From assembly GCF_018350175.1 (NCBI RefSeq), contig NC_058368.1, forward strand, positions 16,804,001 through 16,868,000: a stretch of DNA of 64,000 nt, in the 5' to 3' direction. The position numbers and the translations under genes are program-made. This document shows, one piece after another, positions 62,946-64,000 of this stretch. The notes below the pieces were generated by a model. That model was not told where the DNA came from and made no database searches. It saw only the letters and a program-made list of their open reading frames with translations. Numbering within the stretch: position 1 is the first letter of the stretch; each line of letters starts with the position of its first letter. This stretch comes from Felis catus. Lineage: Eukaryota.

Positions 62946-63976
62946 TACTTTTTCCTTCAGCACTTTGAACATGTTACCCTCCTGTCTTTTCGTCTCTATT
63001 GTTTCTGATGATAAGTTAGGCATTAATCATATAGATGAGGTCCTATCTGTAAATGAATCATTTATTTCTTCTTTTATTGCCTTCAAGATTTTCACCTGGT
63101 TCTTGGATTTCAGCGGTGTGGGTGTGATAAGTCTAGAGGTACATGTCTGTGCTCATTCAACTCCGGATTTATTGAGTTCCATGGAACCGTAGACTAATGT
63201 TTTTATCAACTTCGGAAAGTCTTAACCCATTATTCTTCAAGTATTTTTTCACTTTCTCCTCTCTTTTTGGATCTCCCATTACATCCATGTTGGCAAGCTT
63301 AATATTACCCTACAGATCTATGAAGTTCTGGTCATTTTTCTTCAATATCTTTCTTTGAGATCTGCAGATTGGATAATTTCACTTCTCCTCTCTTCTTCCA
63401 AACCAAATCTACCATTGAGCCCCTCTAGCAAATTTTTCATTTGGATTATTGTAATTTGCAAATCCATAATTTCCATTTCCTGTTTTGTATCCTGGTAATC
63501 TCCTCCTTGGGAATCTCTATTCATTTACTGTGACTTTGTGTTCCTTTAATTCTTTATACGTGATTTCTTTAATTCTTTGGACATGTCTAAAATGAGTGTT
63601 TGAAATCTTTTTGTCTGTGAAATCCAACACCTGAGGATATGAAAATATAGCTTGTGTTGATTTTTTCCCTTAATATTGGTCGCACTCTCCTGTTTCTTTT
63701 AATTTTTTTTAACTTATTGTTGAAAACTGGACATTTTTGACAATGTTGCAATTCTAGTAGCTTATCTTTTTTTCCCAAAGGCTCTTTGATGTTCTTCCTG
63801 AGTTTTGTTTTTTTCTTTTGTTTTCGCTTCTTGATTTACCTGTTTCCTTTGATTTGTGTGTTTCTTTGGTTTCCATGCCTGTGCTAAATCTGTGAAATAT
63901 GTCTCTACTGTGATGTGCAGCCACTAATATTATATCTTTTCAAGTTGCTTCTTAAAAAAACAAAAAAGCTGCTTTA

Positions 63977-64000
63977 GGAGTGCCTGGATAGCTCAGTCAG
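63977..64000 (+). mobile_element. CAN-SINE 5' end, truncated by the window edge
   Basis: ggagtgcctggatagctcagtcag. Confidence 0.8.

Larger units (their letters stand above)
61240..63960 (-). mobile_element. L1M fragments (ORF1/ORF2-like pieces plus an L1MB-like 3' end at ~61830-62385), interrupted
   Basis: T-rich; ORF 63342-63524 (IQMKNLLEGLNGRFGLEEERRSE) resembles the L1 ORF1 coiled coil; tttagaacattttcatcatccca matches an L1 3'UTR. Confidence 0.75.

Noticed and set aside
1..64000. CRISPR array, operon or other prokaryote-type system
   Set aside because: The sequence is mammalian; recurring repeats are dispersed SINEs, not regularly spaced repeat-spacer units

Overview
This is AT-rich, repeat-dominated mammalian genomic DNA, almost certainly from a cat or other felid. 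The evidence is about 38 tRNA-derived CAN-SINEs, many with intact target-site duplications (TSDs), and carnivore/feline L1 3' ends. I could not support any protein-coding gene, rRNA, true tRNA or CpG-island promoter, so the window looks intergenic or deep-intronic. Nearly all ORFs in the track are SINE, L1 or microsatellite artefacts. Recognisable content includes a nested L1 block (~5.6-14.9 kb), solo LTRs (MLT1, MLT2, ERV1-type), a degraded ERV-L gag-pro-pol fragment (27.5-30.1 kb, minus), a separate ERV-L integrase-end/dUTPase fragment (~58.2-58.5 kb), L2, MIR, MER58 and microsatellites. The most noteworthy items are unusual retrotransposition structures, a putative TALE/Hox-motif enhancer near 25.0-25.55 kb and a speculative chain of plus-strand exons. 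I found no convincing novel biological system. Repeat family names come from recall of consensus sequences, not a database search, and boundaries of old repeats are approximate.
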